Numbered from the stretch's first letter, positions 9,394 to 19,189 are shown. The stretch: 64,000 nucleotides of DNA from an uncultured Eubacteriales bacterium (GCA_934474225.1 CAKSLU010000007.1:5755-69754); one strand, 5' to 3'. Made by a program: numbers and translations. The notes: generated by a model not told the origin, from the sequence alone.

Positions 9394-9608
9394 GGCTCCC
9401 CTGTGCAAGGGGTGAGCTGTCCGAGACGCGCAGCGTCTCGCGGAGTTTTTCTTCGTCGGCTGAACACCGACGATTTCGCGATGCGAAACCGAAAAACATC
9501 CTGACCGTCAGCGCCTGAGGGGTTGTTTCGTGCTTTTACAATCTGCTTTGCTTTGTAACAATCCCTCCGGCATGCTCCGCATGCCACCTCCCTTTACACA
9601 AGGGAGGC
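9394..9608 (+). repeat. R1 element, long form (subtype a plus inserted hairpin and module X)
   Basis: H1 GGCTCCCCTGTGCAAGGGGTGAGC, then hairpin CGAGACGCGCAGCGTCTCG, then module X (9442-9501). The usual GAGGGGTTGT..ACAATCCCTC / GGCATGCTCCGCATGCC / CCTCCCTTTACACAAGGGAGG follow. Confidence 0.9.
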
Positions 9609-9635
9609 TTAATTTCCACCGAAAGGAGCGACGCC

Positions 9636-10163
9636 ATGCCGCGCAAGATTCACCTGCCGAAAACCGACCTTGTCAAAGCGGTCGTCTACGCCGCCGTCGG
9701 CATTCTGCTCCTGCTGTTTTCCACCGCCTTTCTCCCGGCAACGCGGTGGGCAGTCGTCACACCGAACCTGCTCGTCGCCATGATTTCGCTCCTCGCCTAC
9801 TATGAGGGCGCGGGCTATGCCGGGGTCTTCGGCGTGCTCCTCGGCGCGCTTGCCGCGGGCATCACCGGGCGCGGCGCACTGCTGTCCCCCTTCTTCTACG
9901 GCGCGTTTGCGCTGCTCTGCGCAAGGCTCTATGAGAGCTTTTTCGTGCGCAACTTCTTCGCCTGGCTCAGCTACACGGCGGCAGGCCTTGCCGTCACCGG
10001 GCTGTACGGGCTGTTTTACGCCGTCTCGGCATGGGACATGCCGCTCGACGCCGCGCTGCTCCGCGACGCGCTCGGCACCTTTCTCCTCTCCCTTGTGCTG
10101 TCCCTCCCGCTCTATCGCTTTTTCGGTTTCCTGCGCAGAAAAACCGACCTGAAACTCGGATAA
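9636..10163 (+). CDS. mreD: rod shape-determining protein MreD (by position and topology)
   Basis: 175-aa polytopic membrane protein lying between mreC and the PBP2 gene. Sequence-level recognition is weak. Confidence 0.65.
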   Translation: MPRKIHLPKTDLVKAVVYAAVGILLLLFSTAFLPATRWAVVTPNLLVAMISLLAYYEGAGYAGVFGVLLGALAAGITGRGALLSPFFYGAFALLCARLYESFFVRNFFAWLSYTAAGLAVTGLYGLFYAVSAWDMPLDAALLRDALGTFLLSLVLSLPLYRFFGFLRRKTDLKLG

Positions 10164-10193
10164 TCCCCCGCATTTTGCAGAAAGGAGCCAAAC

Positions 10194-12305
10194 ATGCGCA
10201 AACTGCATACCGCCGTCCGGATCGGCGCGCTCGGCGCGCTGTTTGTCCTCATCTGCGCGGTCTACCTCGTCGTCCTCGTCAACGTGCAGATCACGGGACA
10301 GGACTACTACGATATTATTAAGGAAGAAACCACCACCCGCTATGTCAAGATTGCCGCAAAGCGCGGCGAAATCTACGATACCAACGGCAAAGCGCTGGTC
10401 ATCAATACCCAAATCTACGACATCAGCCTGGAATACGGCGCGATGCCGAAGCAGGCAGCCGCCTTCAACGCGGTCATCCTCGATGTGCTTGCCGCGATTG
10501 AGGAGAGCGGCGGCGCGTACACGCCGGTTGAGGTCACCTTCCCGTTCACGGGCAGCTTTCCGAACTACGAAAAGGACGAAGAATTTTTCAAGTCCGCGAC
10601 AAACAAAACCAAATACGAAGCCCTGCTCCGCCGCCTGGAGCTGGACGAATACATGGCGCCCGAGGAGCTGTTTTCCTTTCTGCGCACGCGGTACGGGCTG
10701 TCGTCTTACTCGAAGAAGACCAAGACCTACACCGACGAATACGACGCGGAGACGCTGGAGACCCTCATGCGCATCCGCTTTGACATGGAATACCGCCAGT
10801 TCAGCCGCGTGGAGCCATATACGCTGGCGCGCGACGTGGACACAAAACTGCTGACCTATGTCAAGGAGCGCTCGATTTTGCAGGTGCTCGTCACCGAGGA
10901 GAATGCGCGCACCTATGTCTACGACGGCTATGCCTCGCACCTGCTCGGCACCATCGGCAAGATTCCCGCCGAGAAGCTGGAAGACTATATAGAAAAGGGC
11001 TACAGCGGCGACGCCTATGTCGGCATCTCGGGCGCGGAGGCGGCATACGAGGACGTGCTGCACGGCACGGACGGCACGCGCGCCATCGTCGAGGACAAGT
11101 ACGGCAACCTGATTTCCGAATCCGTGGTCAAGGAGCCGGTCGCAGGCAGCGATGTGCGGCTGACCATTGACATCGACCTGCAGATCACCGCCGAGGACGC
11201 CCTCGCCGACAACATCCGCCTGATTCGCGAGGAGGCTGACCCGAAGCCGGGCGAACACGACGGCGAGGACGCGCACAGCGGCGCGGTCGTCGCCACCGAC
11301 CCGAACACCGGGGCGCTGCTGGCGGCTGCGTCCTACCCGACCTACCGCCTCTCGGACTACACCGCAAACTACGCGGCGCTCGCCGCGAACGAAAACCGCC
11401 CGCTCTACAACCGCGCGCTGCTCGGCACCTACACGCCCGGCTCGACCTACAAGCCCGGCGTTGCCGCCGCCGCCCTCTCCGAGGGGGTCATCACGCGTAA
11501 CACCACGATTGTGGACAAGGGTGCCTACGACTTCGGTGACTACCACCCGCGCTGCTGGATTTACCTGCGGTTCGGGCGCACGCACGGCGCGCAAAATGTC
11601 GTCGAGGCGATTCAAAACTCCTGCAACTACTTCTTCTACGAGGTGGGCAACCGCCTCGGCATCGAAAAAATCGACGCATACAGCCGCATCTACGGCCTCG
11701 GCGAGGCGACCGGCATCGAGCTGCCCGAGTCCACCGGCATCCTCGCAGGTCCCGCCTACAGCGAGAGCACGGGCAACGTCTGGAACCCCGGCAACACCCT
11801 GCAGGCAGCCATCGGGCAGTCGGACAACATGTTCACGCCCCTGCAGCTGTCGGTCTACATCTCCACGCTGCTCTCGGGCGGCACGCGCTACCGCGCGCAC
11901 ATGCTCCGCAGCGTGCACGCCTACCCGTCCGGCGAGGTGCTGTCCGAGACCGCGCCCGAGGTGATGAGCGAAGTCGAGCTGGACGCAGGCATCGTCGCCA
12001 CGGTCAAGTCGGCGATGAAGGACGTGGTCGAGAGCGGCTCGGCGGCGCGCATTTTCCGCGGCTACGACATCACGGTCGGCGGCAAGACCGGTACCGCACA
12101 GGTCGGCGGCGACCGCTCGGACAACGCGCTGTTCGTGGGCTTTGCCCCCTACGACAGCCCGAAAATCGTCGTCACCGTCGCCATCGAGCAGGGCGCAAAC
12201 GGCACCGACGCCGCCTACACGGCAAAGGCGCTCTACGACACCTACCTCAAGGGGCAGAAATACGAAAAGCGGTATACCGACACCGAAACGGAGGCGGCGG
12301 AATGA
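10194..12305 (+). CDS. mrdA: penicillin-binding protein 2 (elongasome transpeptidase)
   Basis: 703 aa with an N-terminal membrane anchor and transpeptidase motifs STYK (PGSTYKP), SCN and KTGTA. Confidence 0.88.
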   Translation: MRKLHTAVRIGALGALFVLICAVYLVVLVNVQITGQDYYDIIKEETTTRYVKIAAKRGEIYDTNGKALVINTQIYDISLEYGAMPKQAAAFNAVILDVLAAIEESGGAYTPVEVTFPFTGSFPNYEKDEEFFKSATNKTKYEALLRRLELDEYMAPEELFSFLRTRYGLSSYSKKTKTYTDEYDAETLETLMRIRFDMEYRQFSRVEPYTLARDVDTKLLTYVKERSILQVLVTEENARTYVYDGYASHLLGTIGKIPAEKLEDYIEKGYSGDAYVGISGAEAAYEDVLHGTDGTRAIVEDKYGNLISESVVKEPVAGSDVRLTIDIDLQITAEDALADNIRLIREEADPKPGEHDGEDAHSGAVVATDPNTGALLAAASYPTYRLSDYTANYAALAANENRPLYNRALLGTYTPGSTYKPGVAAAALSEGVITRNTTIVDKGAYDFGDYHPRCWIYLRFGRTHGAQNVVEAIQNSCNYFFYEVGNRLGIEKIDAYSRIYGLGEATGIELPESTGILAGPAYSESTGNVWNPGNTLQAAIGQSDNMFTPLQLSVYISTLLSGGTRYRAHMLRSVHAYPSGEVLSETAPEVMSEVELDAGIVATVKSAMKDVVESGSAARIFRGYDITVGGKTGTAQVGGDRSDNALFVGFAPYDSPKIVVTVAIEQGANGTDAAYTAKALYDTYLKGQKYEKRYTDTETEAAE

Positions 12306-12958
12306 CGAAAAAGAACTTGGCAGCGAAGGTCGCCGCCGCGCTCGAAGCGCTCTACCCGGACGCGATCTGCTCACTGGAATATGAGAACGAACCCTGGAAG
12401 CTGCTGATTCTCGCGCGCCTGTCGGCGCAATGTACCGACGCGCGGGTCAACATCGTGGCAAAGACGCTGTTTGTGCGCTTCCCCACGCTTGAGAGCGTGG
12501 CGAACGGTGACCTCGCGGCACTGGAAGAGACCATCAAGCCCTGCGGGTTGTATAAAACCAAGGCGAAGAGCATCAAGGAGACCGCCGAGATTCTCGTGCG
12601 GGACTACGGCGGGCGCGTGCCCGACACGATGGACGAGCTGCTTGCCCTGCCCGGCGTGGGGCGCAAAATCGCCTGCCTCATGCTCGGCGATGTGTTCGGC
12701 AAACCGCACATCGTCACCGATACACACTGCATCCGCATCTGCGGGCGGCTCGGGTTCTACCCCGAAAGTGAGAAGAATCCCGCCAAGATCGAGAAGATTC
12801 TCGACGGCTGCGTAGAAAAGCCTGTGCAGTCGGATTTCTGCCATCGCATCGTGGATTTCGGGCGGGACGTCTGCACGGCGCGCGCGCCGAAGTGCACCGC
12901 CTGCCCGATGCAAACCTTCTGCCGCCACGCTGTTGACGCGCAAGCGTCACACCGTTGA
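12302..12958 (+). CDS. nth: endonuclease III (DNA glycosylase/AP lyase)
   Basis: HhH-GPD motif LPGVGRKIA and a C-terminal 4Fe-4S ligand pattern CTARAPKCTACPMQTFC. ATGA overlap with mrdA. Confidence 0.92.
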   Translation: MTKKNLAAKVAAALEALYPDAICSLEYENEPWKLLILARLSAQCTDARVNIVAKTLFVRFPTLESVANGDLAALEETIKPCGLYKTKAKSIKETAEILVRDYGGRVPDTMDELLALPGVGRKIACLMLGDVFGKPHIVTDTHCIRICGRLGFYPESEKNPAKIEKILDGCVEKPVQSDFCHRIVDFGRDVCTARAPKCTACPMQTFCRHAVDAQASHR

Positions 12959-13088
12959 TGCGCAGCATCACGCCGTTTGCGGCAGCGCCGCAACTTCATT
13001 TGCGCAAGCAACTCCCTCCCTTTTGCAAAAAAATGATTGCATTTGCCCCGCGCGTGGATTATAATATATTATTATGATGTTTTCTTTC

Positions 13089-13202
13089 GGCTCCCCTGTG
13101 CAAGGGGAGCTGTCACCGATAGGTGACTGAGGGGTTGTTCCTTGGCTATGTAACAATCCCTCCGCCGCCGTTCGGCGGCACCTCCCTTTGCACAAGGGAG
13201 GC
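13089..13202 (+). repeat. R1 five-hairpin element, subtype a
   Basis: GGCTCCCCTGTGCAAGGGGAGC / GTCACCGATAGGTGAC / GAGGGGTTGT..ACAATCCCTC / GCCGCCGTTCGGCGGC / CCTCCCTTTGCACAAGGGAGG. Confidence 0.9.
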
Positions 13203-13265
13203 TCCATTCCTCCCCCCCGTTCTAACCTTAAAAAATCTATCTATATATACAGTGAGGATTTCAAA

Positions 13266-14660
13266 ATGCAGCGGACACAAATCAAAAGCATTTATCTCGC
13301 CGAAAAAGACTACGACGGCAAGGCGCTCACCGTTTGCGGCTGGGCGCGCTCCATTCGCGCCAGCAACGCCTTCGGCTTTATCGAGCTGAACGACGGCAGC
13401 TGCTCGGGGAACCTGCAGGTCGTCTTTGAGGCCGACAAACTCCAAAACTACACCGAGATCGCCAAGCAGAACGTCGGCGCGGCGCTCGTCGTGCACGGCA
13501 CGCTGGTGCTGACCCCCGATGCCAAGCAGCCCTTTGAGCTGAAGGCGGACGCGGTCGAAGTGGAGGGCATTTCCACCCCCGAATACCCGCTTCAGAAGAA
13601 GAAGCACTCCTTCGAGTTCCTGCGCACCATCGCGCACCTGCGCCCGCGCGCCAACACCTTCAACGCGGTCTTCCGCGTCCGCAGTGAGTGCGCGTTCGCC
13701 ATCCATGAGTTCTTCAACTCCCGCGGCTTTGTCTATGTCAACACGCCTATTATCACCACCTCGGACTGTGAGGGCGCGGGCGAAATGTTCCGCGTGACCT
13801 CGCTCGACCTCGACAACCTGCCGAAGAACGAGGACGGCAGCGTCAACTACGCCGAGGACTTCTTCGGCAAGCCGACCAGCCTGACTGTCTCCGGTCAGCT
13901 CAACGCCGAGTGCTTTGCCCTCGCGTTCGGCAATGTCTACACCTTCGGGCCGACCTTCCGCGCCGAGCGCTCCAACACGCAGCGCCACGCCGCCGAGTTC
14001 TGGATGATGGAGCCCGAGATGGCGTTTGCCGACCTCGAGGACGACATGGAGATCGCCGAGGCGATGATCAAGCACGTCGTCCGCCATGTCATGGCAACCT
14101 GCAAGCAGGAGCTTGCGTTCTTCAACCAGTTCTTCGACAACACGCTGCTTGAAAGACTGCAAAACCTCGTGGACAACGACTTCGGCAGAGTTACCTACAC
14201 CGAGGCGATCCGTCTGCTCGAGGAGAGCGGCAACAAGTTTGACTACCCGGTCTCCTGGGGCATCGACCTGCAGACCGAGCATGAGCGCTACCTCACCGAG
14301 AAGATTTTCGGCAAGCCGGTGTTCGTCACCGACTACCCGCGCGAAATCAAGGCGTTCTACATGCGCCAGAACGAGGACGGCAAGACCGTCGCCGCGATGG
14401 ATATGCTCGTCCCCGGCGTCGGCGAACTGATCGGCGGTTCGCAGCGCGAGGAGCGCCTCGACATGCTGCTTGCCGCGATGAAGAACTTCGGCCTCAAGGA
14501 AGAAGACTACAGCTGGTATCTCGACCTGCGCCGCTTCGGCAGTGCGAAGCACGCGGGCTTCGGCCTCGGCTTTGAGCGCCTCGTGATGTACATCACCGGC
14601 GTCTCCAACATCCGCGACGTCGAGGCATTCCCGAGAACGACCGGCTCGGCTGATTTTTAA
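13266..14660 (+). CDS. asnS: asparagine--tRNA ligase
   Basis: Class IIb aaRS with an OB-fold N-terminus, [22 protein letters not shown] and GFGLGFERL motifs. ATG 13266 was chosen; the ORF-track start lies inside a repeat. Confidence 0.93.
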   Translation: MQRTQIKSIYLAEKDYDGKALTVCGWARSIRASNAFGFIELNDGSCSGNLQVVFEADKLQNYTEIAKQNVGAALVVHGTLVLTPDAKQPFELKADAVEVEGISTPEYPLQKKKHSFEFLRTIAHLRPRANTFNAVFRVRSECAFAIHEFFNSRGFVYVNTPIITTSDCEGAGEMFRVTSLDLDNLPKNEDGSVNYAEDFFGKPTSLTVSGQLNAECFALAFGNVYTFGPTFRAERSNTQRHAAEFWMMEPEMAFADLEDDMEIAEAMIKHVVRHVMATCKQELAFFNQFFDNTLLERLQNLVDNDFGRVTYTEAIRLLEESGNKFDYPVSWGIDLQTEHERYLTEKIFGKPVFVTDYPREIKAFYMRQNEDGKTVAAMDMLVPGVGELIGGSQREERLDMLLAAMKNFGLKEEDYSWYLDLRRFGSAKHAGFGLGFERLVMYITGVSNIRDVEAFPRTTGSADF

Positions 14661-14693
14661 GCCGACCCCACCATCCGACCCCAAAGGAGCATT

Positions 14694-15974
14694 ATGAAAT
14701 ACGCAGATCTTTCCATTGAAGAAAAGAAAGAACAGCTGAAGCGCGCGCAGATTGAGTTTGACTGTCTCTGCAAGCTGAAGCTGTCGCTCGACCTCTCGCG
14801 CGGCAAGCCGATCGGCGAACAGCTCGACCTGTCGAATGAACTGTTCACCATCCTCACCGGCGAGCACGGCGACTACATCGGCGAGCGCGGGTTCGACTAC
14901 CGCAACTACGGCTGCCTCGACGGCATTCCCGAGGCGAAGGCGCTGTTTGCCGAGCTGCTCGAAGTCCCGGCGGAGCAGGTTTTCGTCGGCGGCAACTCGA
15001 GCCTGAATATGATTTACGACGCGCTCACGCGGCTCATGCTGCACGGCGCGCCCGGCGTGGAGGAGCCGTGGTGCAAGCTGGACAAAGTCAAGTTCATCTG
15101 CCCCGCCCCCGGCTATGACCGCCACTTCGGCATGCTGGAATCGCTCGGCATCGAGATGATCACGGTGGAGTATCTCGCAGACGGTCAGCCCGACATTGAG
15201 CGCATCGAGGAACTTGCGCGTGACCCCGCAGTCAAGGGCATCATCTGCGTGCCGAAATATTCCAACCCGACCGGCGCGACCTATTCGCGCGAAGTCGTGC
15301 GCCGTCTCGCCAAGATGGAGTGCGCCGCGCCCGACTTCCGCATCATCTGGGACAACGCCTACTGCGTGCACGACATCTACAGCGAGGAAAAGCTGGCGAA
15401 TATCTTTGAATTTGCACAGCGCTACGGCACCGAGGACCGCATCCTTGCCTTCACCTCGACCTCGAAGATGACCTTCCCCGGCAGCGGCGTCGCCGCGATG
15501 GCGCTTTCGCCCGCCAATATGGCGCAGGCGAAGAAGCTCATCGGCATCCAGACCATCAGCTTTGACAAGCTGAATCAGCTGCGCCATGTCCGCTATCTGC
15601 AAAACGCCGCGCATGTGCATGAGATTATGCAGCGCCATGCCGACATCATCCGCCCGAAGTTTGACATCGTGTTTGAGGCGCTCGAAGCAGAGCTCGGCGG
15701 GCTGGGCATCGCCTCCTGGACAAAGCCGAATGGCGGCTATTTCATCAGCCTGACGCTGATGAACGGCTGCGCCAAGCGCGTCTGGTCGCTGATGCGGCAG
15801 GCGGGCGTCGTCCTCACCGGCGCGGGCGCGACCTACCCCTACGGCAAGGACCCGCGCGACGCCAATCTGCGTCTCGCGCCCACCTATTCTCCCGCGCACG
15901 AACTGGAGGTCTGCATTCAGGCGCTCTCCGCCTGCGTCCGCCTCGCCTCGCTCGAAAAAATGCTTGCGGAGTAA
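14694..15974 (+). CDS. PLP-dependent aminotransferase (class I/II fold)
   Basis: 426-aa ORF with aminotransferase-like organisation (NPTG segment YSNPTGAT, SKMTFPGSG lysine region). Substrate unknown. Confidence 0.75.
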   Translation: MKYADLSIEEKKEQLKRAQIEFDCLCKLKLSLDLSRGKPIGEQLDLSNELFTILTGEHGDYIGERGFDYRNYGCLDGIPEAKALFAELLEVPAEQVFVGGNSSLNMIYDALTRLMLHGAPGVEEPWCKLDKVKFICPAPGYDRHFGMLESLGIEMITVEYLADGQPDIERIEELARDPAVKGIICVPKYSNPTGATYSREVVRRLAKMECAAPDFRIIWDNAYCVHDIYSEEKLANIFEFAQRYGTEDRILAFTSTSKMTFPGSGVAAMALSPANMAQAKKLIGIQTISFDKLNQLRHVRYLQNAAHVHEIMQRHADIIRPKFDIVFEALEAELGGLGIASWTKPNGGYFISLTLMNGCAKRVWSLMRQAGVVLTGAGATYPYGKDPRDANLRLAPTYSPAHELEVCIQALSACVRLASLEKMLAE

Positions 15975-15991
15975 GGATTTGTACATCAAAA

Positions 15992-16025
15992 AGCAGCTTC
16001 AACCTTGGTTGAAGCTGCTTTTTTA
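15992..16025 (+). terminator. Rho-independent terminator after the aminotransferase gene
   Basis: Hairpin AGCAGCTTCAACC-TTGG-TTGAAGCTGCT followed by T6. An A-run precedes it, so it may work in both directions. Confidence 0.8.
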
Positions 16026-16040
16026 CGATGTTGGCGGCGC

Positions 16041-16197
16041 GTAGTGGGCGAATCGCCGCAAAACGCGGCGGGAGACAAGCCCCCGCCCTACGGCAAAACG
16101 GTTTTCCATGCGCAAAACCCATACCAAACCTGTAGGGGCGACCATTGGTCGCCCGTTTTTGCTCTGTGCACAGCGGGCGACCGATGGTCGCCCCTAC
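16041..16197. repeat. REP/BIME-like cluster including a REPIN-like hairpin
   Basis: GTAGTGGGCGAATCGCC (16041-16057), GCGGCGGGAGACAAGCCCCCGCCCTAC (16065-16091), a 40-nt linker, and the inverted doublet GTAGGGGCGACCATTGGTCGCCCG..CGGGCGACCGATGGTCGCCCCTAC (16132-16197). Confidence 0.88.
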
Positions 16198-16236
16198 AAG
16201 TATGCAAAGAAATTGCTCTGCGGATCCGTCTCCACG

Positions 16237-16262
16237 CAAAAAAAGCCGCCCGGTGGGCGGCT
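16237..16262 (-). terminator. Rho-independent terminator of ackA
   Basis: On the minus strand AGCCGCCCACCGGGCGGCT is followed by T7. It lies about 17 nt after the ackA stop. Confidence 0.8.
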
Positions 16263-16278
16263 TTTTGTCTATCTTCTG

Positions 16279-17490
16279 TTACAGCGCCTTCACGATGTGC
16301 TCGGTATCCGATGCGATGACAAGCTCCTCGTTGGTGGGGATCATGAAGACCCTGACCTTTGAGGTCGGCTTGGAAATCTCGGTGGCGGTCAGCGGGCGGG
16401 GCAGGTTTGCATTGTGCTCCGCGTCAAACTCAACGCCGAAATAGCCCAGCTGCGAGCAGACGCTCTCGCGCATCTCCCAGTCGTTCTCGCCGATGCCTGC
16501 CGTGAAGACGATGGCATCGAGGCCGCCCATCGCTGCGGTGTACGCGCCGATGAACTTGCGGATCTGGTAGGAGACGATGTCCAGCGCGAGCTTGGCGCGC
16601 TTGTTGCCCGCCTTGGCTGCGGCGGAAACATCGCGGCAGTCGGACGAAATGCCGGACACGCCGAGGAAGCCGCACTTCTTGTTCATGTACTCGTTCATCT
16701 CATCGGCGTTCATGCCGGTCTTGTTCATGATGTAGGGGACGATAGCGGGGTCAATGTCGCCGCAGCGCGTGCCCATTTCAATGCCGGCGAGGGGCGTGAA
16801 GCCCATCGAGGTATCCAGCACCTTGCCGTCCTTGACAGCCGAGATGGACGAGCCGTTGCCGAGGTGGCAGGTGACGATCTTCGTGCCCTCTGCCTTGCCG
16901 CCGAGCAGCTTGATGCACTCGCCGGAGACATAGCGGTGGGACGTGCCGTGCGCACCGTAGCGGCGGACGGCATACTTCTCATACATATCGTAGCTGACGG
17001 GGTACACATAGGCATAGTCGGGCATGGACGCCGTGTGGAACGCGGTGTCAAACACGAGAACCTGGGGCGTCTTGGGCATTGCGGCGAGGCAGCCCTGGAT
17101 ACCCATGATGTGCGCGCCGGTGTGCAGGGGCGCGAGGTCGCGGCAGAGTTCGAGCTTTGCCAGCACTTCATCGGTGAGCAGCACCGACTCCGAGAAATAA
17201 GCGCCGCCGTGGACGATGCGGTGACCGACCGCCTCGATCTCGTCCATGCTCTTCACCGAGCCGTACTCGGCGCTGAGCAGCGCGTCGATGACGATTTTGG
17301 TGGCGACGGTGTGGTTGGGCATCGCGATTTCCTTCTCGTAGACCGCGCCGGTCTCGAGGTTCTGATGCTTGATTTTGCCGTCGATGCCGATACGCTCGCA
17401 GAGACCCTTCGCGCGGACAACGCCCGCGGTCGTGTCAAACAGCTGATACTTCAGCGAGCTGGAGCCTGCGTTTACAACGAGTACATTCAT
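16279..17490 (-). CDS. ackA: acetate kinase
   Basis: 403 aa with N-terminus MNVLVVNAGSSSLKYQLF and acetokinase-family signatures. Confidence 0.95.
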   Translation of the reverse strand: MNVLVVNAGSSSLKYQLFDTTAGVVRAKGLCERIGIDGKIKHQNLETGAVYEKEIAMPNHTVATKIVIDALLSAEYGSVKSMDEIEAVGHRIVHGGAYFSESVLLTDEVLAKLELCRDLAPLHTGAHIMGIQGCLAAMPKTPQVLVFDTAFHTASMPDYAYVYPVSYDMYEKYAVRRYGAHGTSHRYVSGECIKLLGGKAEGTKIVTCHLGNGSSISAVKDGKVLDTSMGFTPLAGIEMGTRCGDIDPAIVPYIMNKTGMNADEMNEYMNKKCGFLGVSGISSDCRDVSAAAKAGNKRAKLALDIVSYQIRKFIGAYTAAMGGLDAIVFTAGIGENDWEMRESVCSQLGYFGVEFDAEHNANLPRPLTATEISKPTSKVRVFMIPTNEELVIASDTEHIVKAL

Positions 17491-17529
17491 GAAAAGAATC
17501 CTCCGAAAATAATGTCGTTTAACTCTTCT

Positions 17530-17558
17530 ATTATACGCCCCATTTTCGACAAATTCAA
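17530..17558 (-). promoter_or_regulatory. SigA-type promoter of ackA
   Basis: Minus strand reads TTGAAT, a 17-nt spacer, then TATAAT. The -10 box lies about 40 nt upstream of the ackA ATG. Confidence 0.6.
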
Positions 17559-17697
17559 GAAGGCGCGCACATATTTTTGAAAGAAGGGTGAAAATTTTCC
17601 CGCCGCGCTTGCGACGCCGCCGGAAAAGTGGTAAAATGGGAGGGAGAGAAATGGAGTTTTGGCTTCCCTATCCTTGCACGGGGCACAGCGCGCTTTC

Positions 17698-17810
17698 GGC
17701 TCCCCTGTGCAAGGGGAGCTGCCGCCGAATGGCGGCTGAGGGGTTGTATCTTTGCTCTGTAACAATCCCTCCGTCGGCTACGCCGACACCTCCCTTTGCA
17801 CAAGGGAGGC
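17698..17810 (+). repeat. R1 five-hairpin element, subtype a
   Basis: H2 is GCCGCCGAATGGCGGC and H4 is GTCGGCTACGCCGAC; H1, H3 and H5 are as in the other a-type copies. Confidence 0.9.
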
Positions 17811-17815
17811 TTTAT

Positions 17816-17895
17816 GCGGCGGGAGGCAGACGGTGCCCTACGGTGTGTACACAGTACCCGCAAATCCGGTAGGGGTCGGCGCCCTCGACGACCCG
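17816..17895. repeat. REP-like head-to-head doublet
   Basis: GCGGCGGGAGGCAGACGGTGCCCTAC, a 27-nt linker (GGTGTGTACACAG..), then GTAGGGGTCGGCGCCCTCGACGACCCG. Confidence 0.85.
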
Positions 17896-17915
17896 ACCGT
17901 GCGCAATCTATTTAT

Positions 17916-17962
17916 GGCTCCTCCTGACGGGGGAGCTGTCGCCGAACGGCGACTGAGGGAGA
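17916..17962 (+). repeat. Truncated/degenerate R1 5' half
   Basis: GGCTCCTCCTGACGGGGGAGC / GTCGCCGAACGGCGAC / CTGAGGGAG.., then the similarity is lost. It lies about 55 nt upstream of tmcAL. Confidence 0.6.
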
Positions 17963-18016
17963 GATACCCGCTGAGCATAAATGTTCAGTCAACGATGAGG
18001 GAACAAGGAGGACGCC

Positions 18017-19189
18017 ATGCTGGCTGCGATCATCTGCGAATACAACCCGTTTCATGCGGGACACGCCTACATGGTGGGCGAGGTGCGGCGCGCACTCGGC
18101 GCGGACGTGACCGTCGCCGCCGTGATGGGCGGCATCTTCTCCCAGCGCGGCGAACCCTACATCGCGCCGCCGCACTACCGCGCGGCTGCCGCCGTCGCGG
18201 GCGGCTGCGACCTCGTTTTGGAGCTCCCCTACCCCTACTCGGCGGCGCGCGCCGCCGACTTTGCCCGCGCGGGCGTGGAAATCGCCGCCGCCATCGGCGC
18301 GGATGTGCTGGCGTTCGGCAGTGAAGTCGGCGACCTTGCCGCGCTTGAAGCGCGCCGCGCGCGCCTCGACAGTGCCGAACTGCGCGCCCGCGCGGCGGCG
18401 CTTGCCGCCGAAGACCGCGCGCTTGGGCTGACCCGCGCGACGGCGCTTGCCTATGCCGAACGCTACGGCGAAGACGACCTCGCCGCGCCGAACGACATTC
18501 TCGCCGTGGAATATCTGCGCGCGCTTGCGCGCCTCGAGCGCGAAATCGAACCGCTGGTGATTCCGCGCGTGGGCGCGTATCACGGCGGCACGGACGGCTA
18601 CCCCTCCGCGTCCGAACTGCGCCGCGGCTTTGCCACGCACGGCATCGCCGCTTTTGCGGGCAAAATGCCGGACGGCGCGCTTGCGGCGTTCCGCGCCGCC
18701 GCCGATGCGGGGCTCTGCCCGGCGGACGCCGAGCGACTGGCGCCCGCCGTCCTGCTGCGCCTTGCGGTGCTTGCGGACGACCGCGCCGCACAGGAAAACC
18801 TCGCGGGCGACCGCGCGGCGCTTGAGCGGCTGCTTGCCGCCGCACCGGGGGCGCGCACGCTGTCCGAACTCTTCTGCACAGCGGCATCCAAGCGCACGAC
18901 CGACGCATCGCTCCGCCGTGCGGCGCTCTACGCGCTGCTCGGCACGACGGCGGACGAAATCGCCGCGCCTGCCGCCTACACCCGCCTGCTTGCCGCCAAC
19001 GCACGCGGCTGTGCCGCACTCGGCGGCGCGCGGAACGGCTTTGTGCTGACGAAGCCCGCCGATGCGGGGAAACTCCGGGACGGCGGCGCGCAGTTTGCCA
19101 AAACCGCGACGGCGGAGCGCGCGTTTGCGCTCTGTTTTGCCGGGAAGTACGACTATCTGCGCACATCGCCGACGATTGTGAGGGACTGA
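18017..19189 (+). CDS. tmcAL: tRNA(Met) cytidine acetate ligase (YlbM/TmcAL family nucleotidyltransferase)
   Basis: 390 aa with N-terminal motif EYNPFHAGH characteristic of the family. Confidence 0.8.
   Translation: MLAAIICEYNPFHAGHAYMVGEVRRALGADVTVAAVMGGIFSQRGEPYIAPPHYRAAAAVAGGCDLVLELPYPYSAARAADFARAGVEIAAAIGADVLAFGSEVGDLAALEARRARLDSAELRARAAALAAEDRALGLTRATALAYAERYGEDDLAAPNDILAVEYLRALARLEREIEPLVIPRVGAYHGGTDGYPSASELRRGFATHGIAAFAGKMPDGALAAFRAAADAGLCPADAERLAPAVLLRLAVLADDRAAQENLAGDRAALERLLAAAPGARTLSELFCTAASKRTTDASLRRAALYALLGTTADEIAAPAAYTRLLAANARGCAALGGARNGFVLTKPADAGKLRDGGAQFAKTATAERAFALCFAGKYDYLRTSPTIVRD

Noticed and set aside
13203-13265. T-box or riboswitch leaders upstream of asnS, proB and the ABC operon.
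   Set aside because: The asnS and proB leaders are too short (about 60-115 nt outside the repeats). I could not find a specifier loop, a T-box sequence or any riboswitch core motif I recognise.
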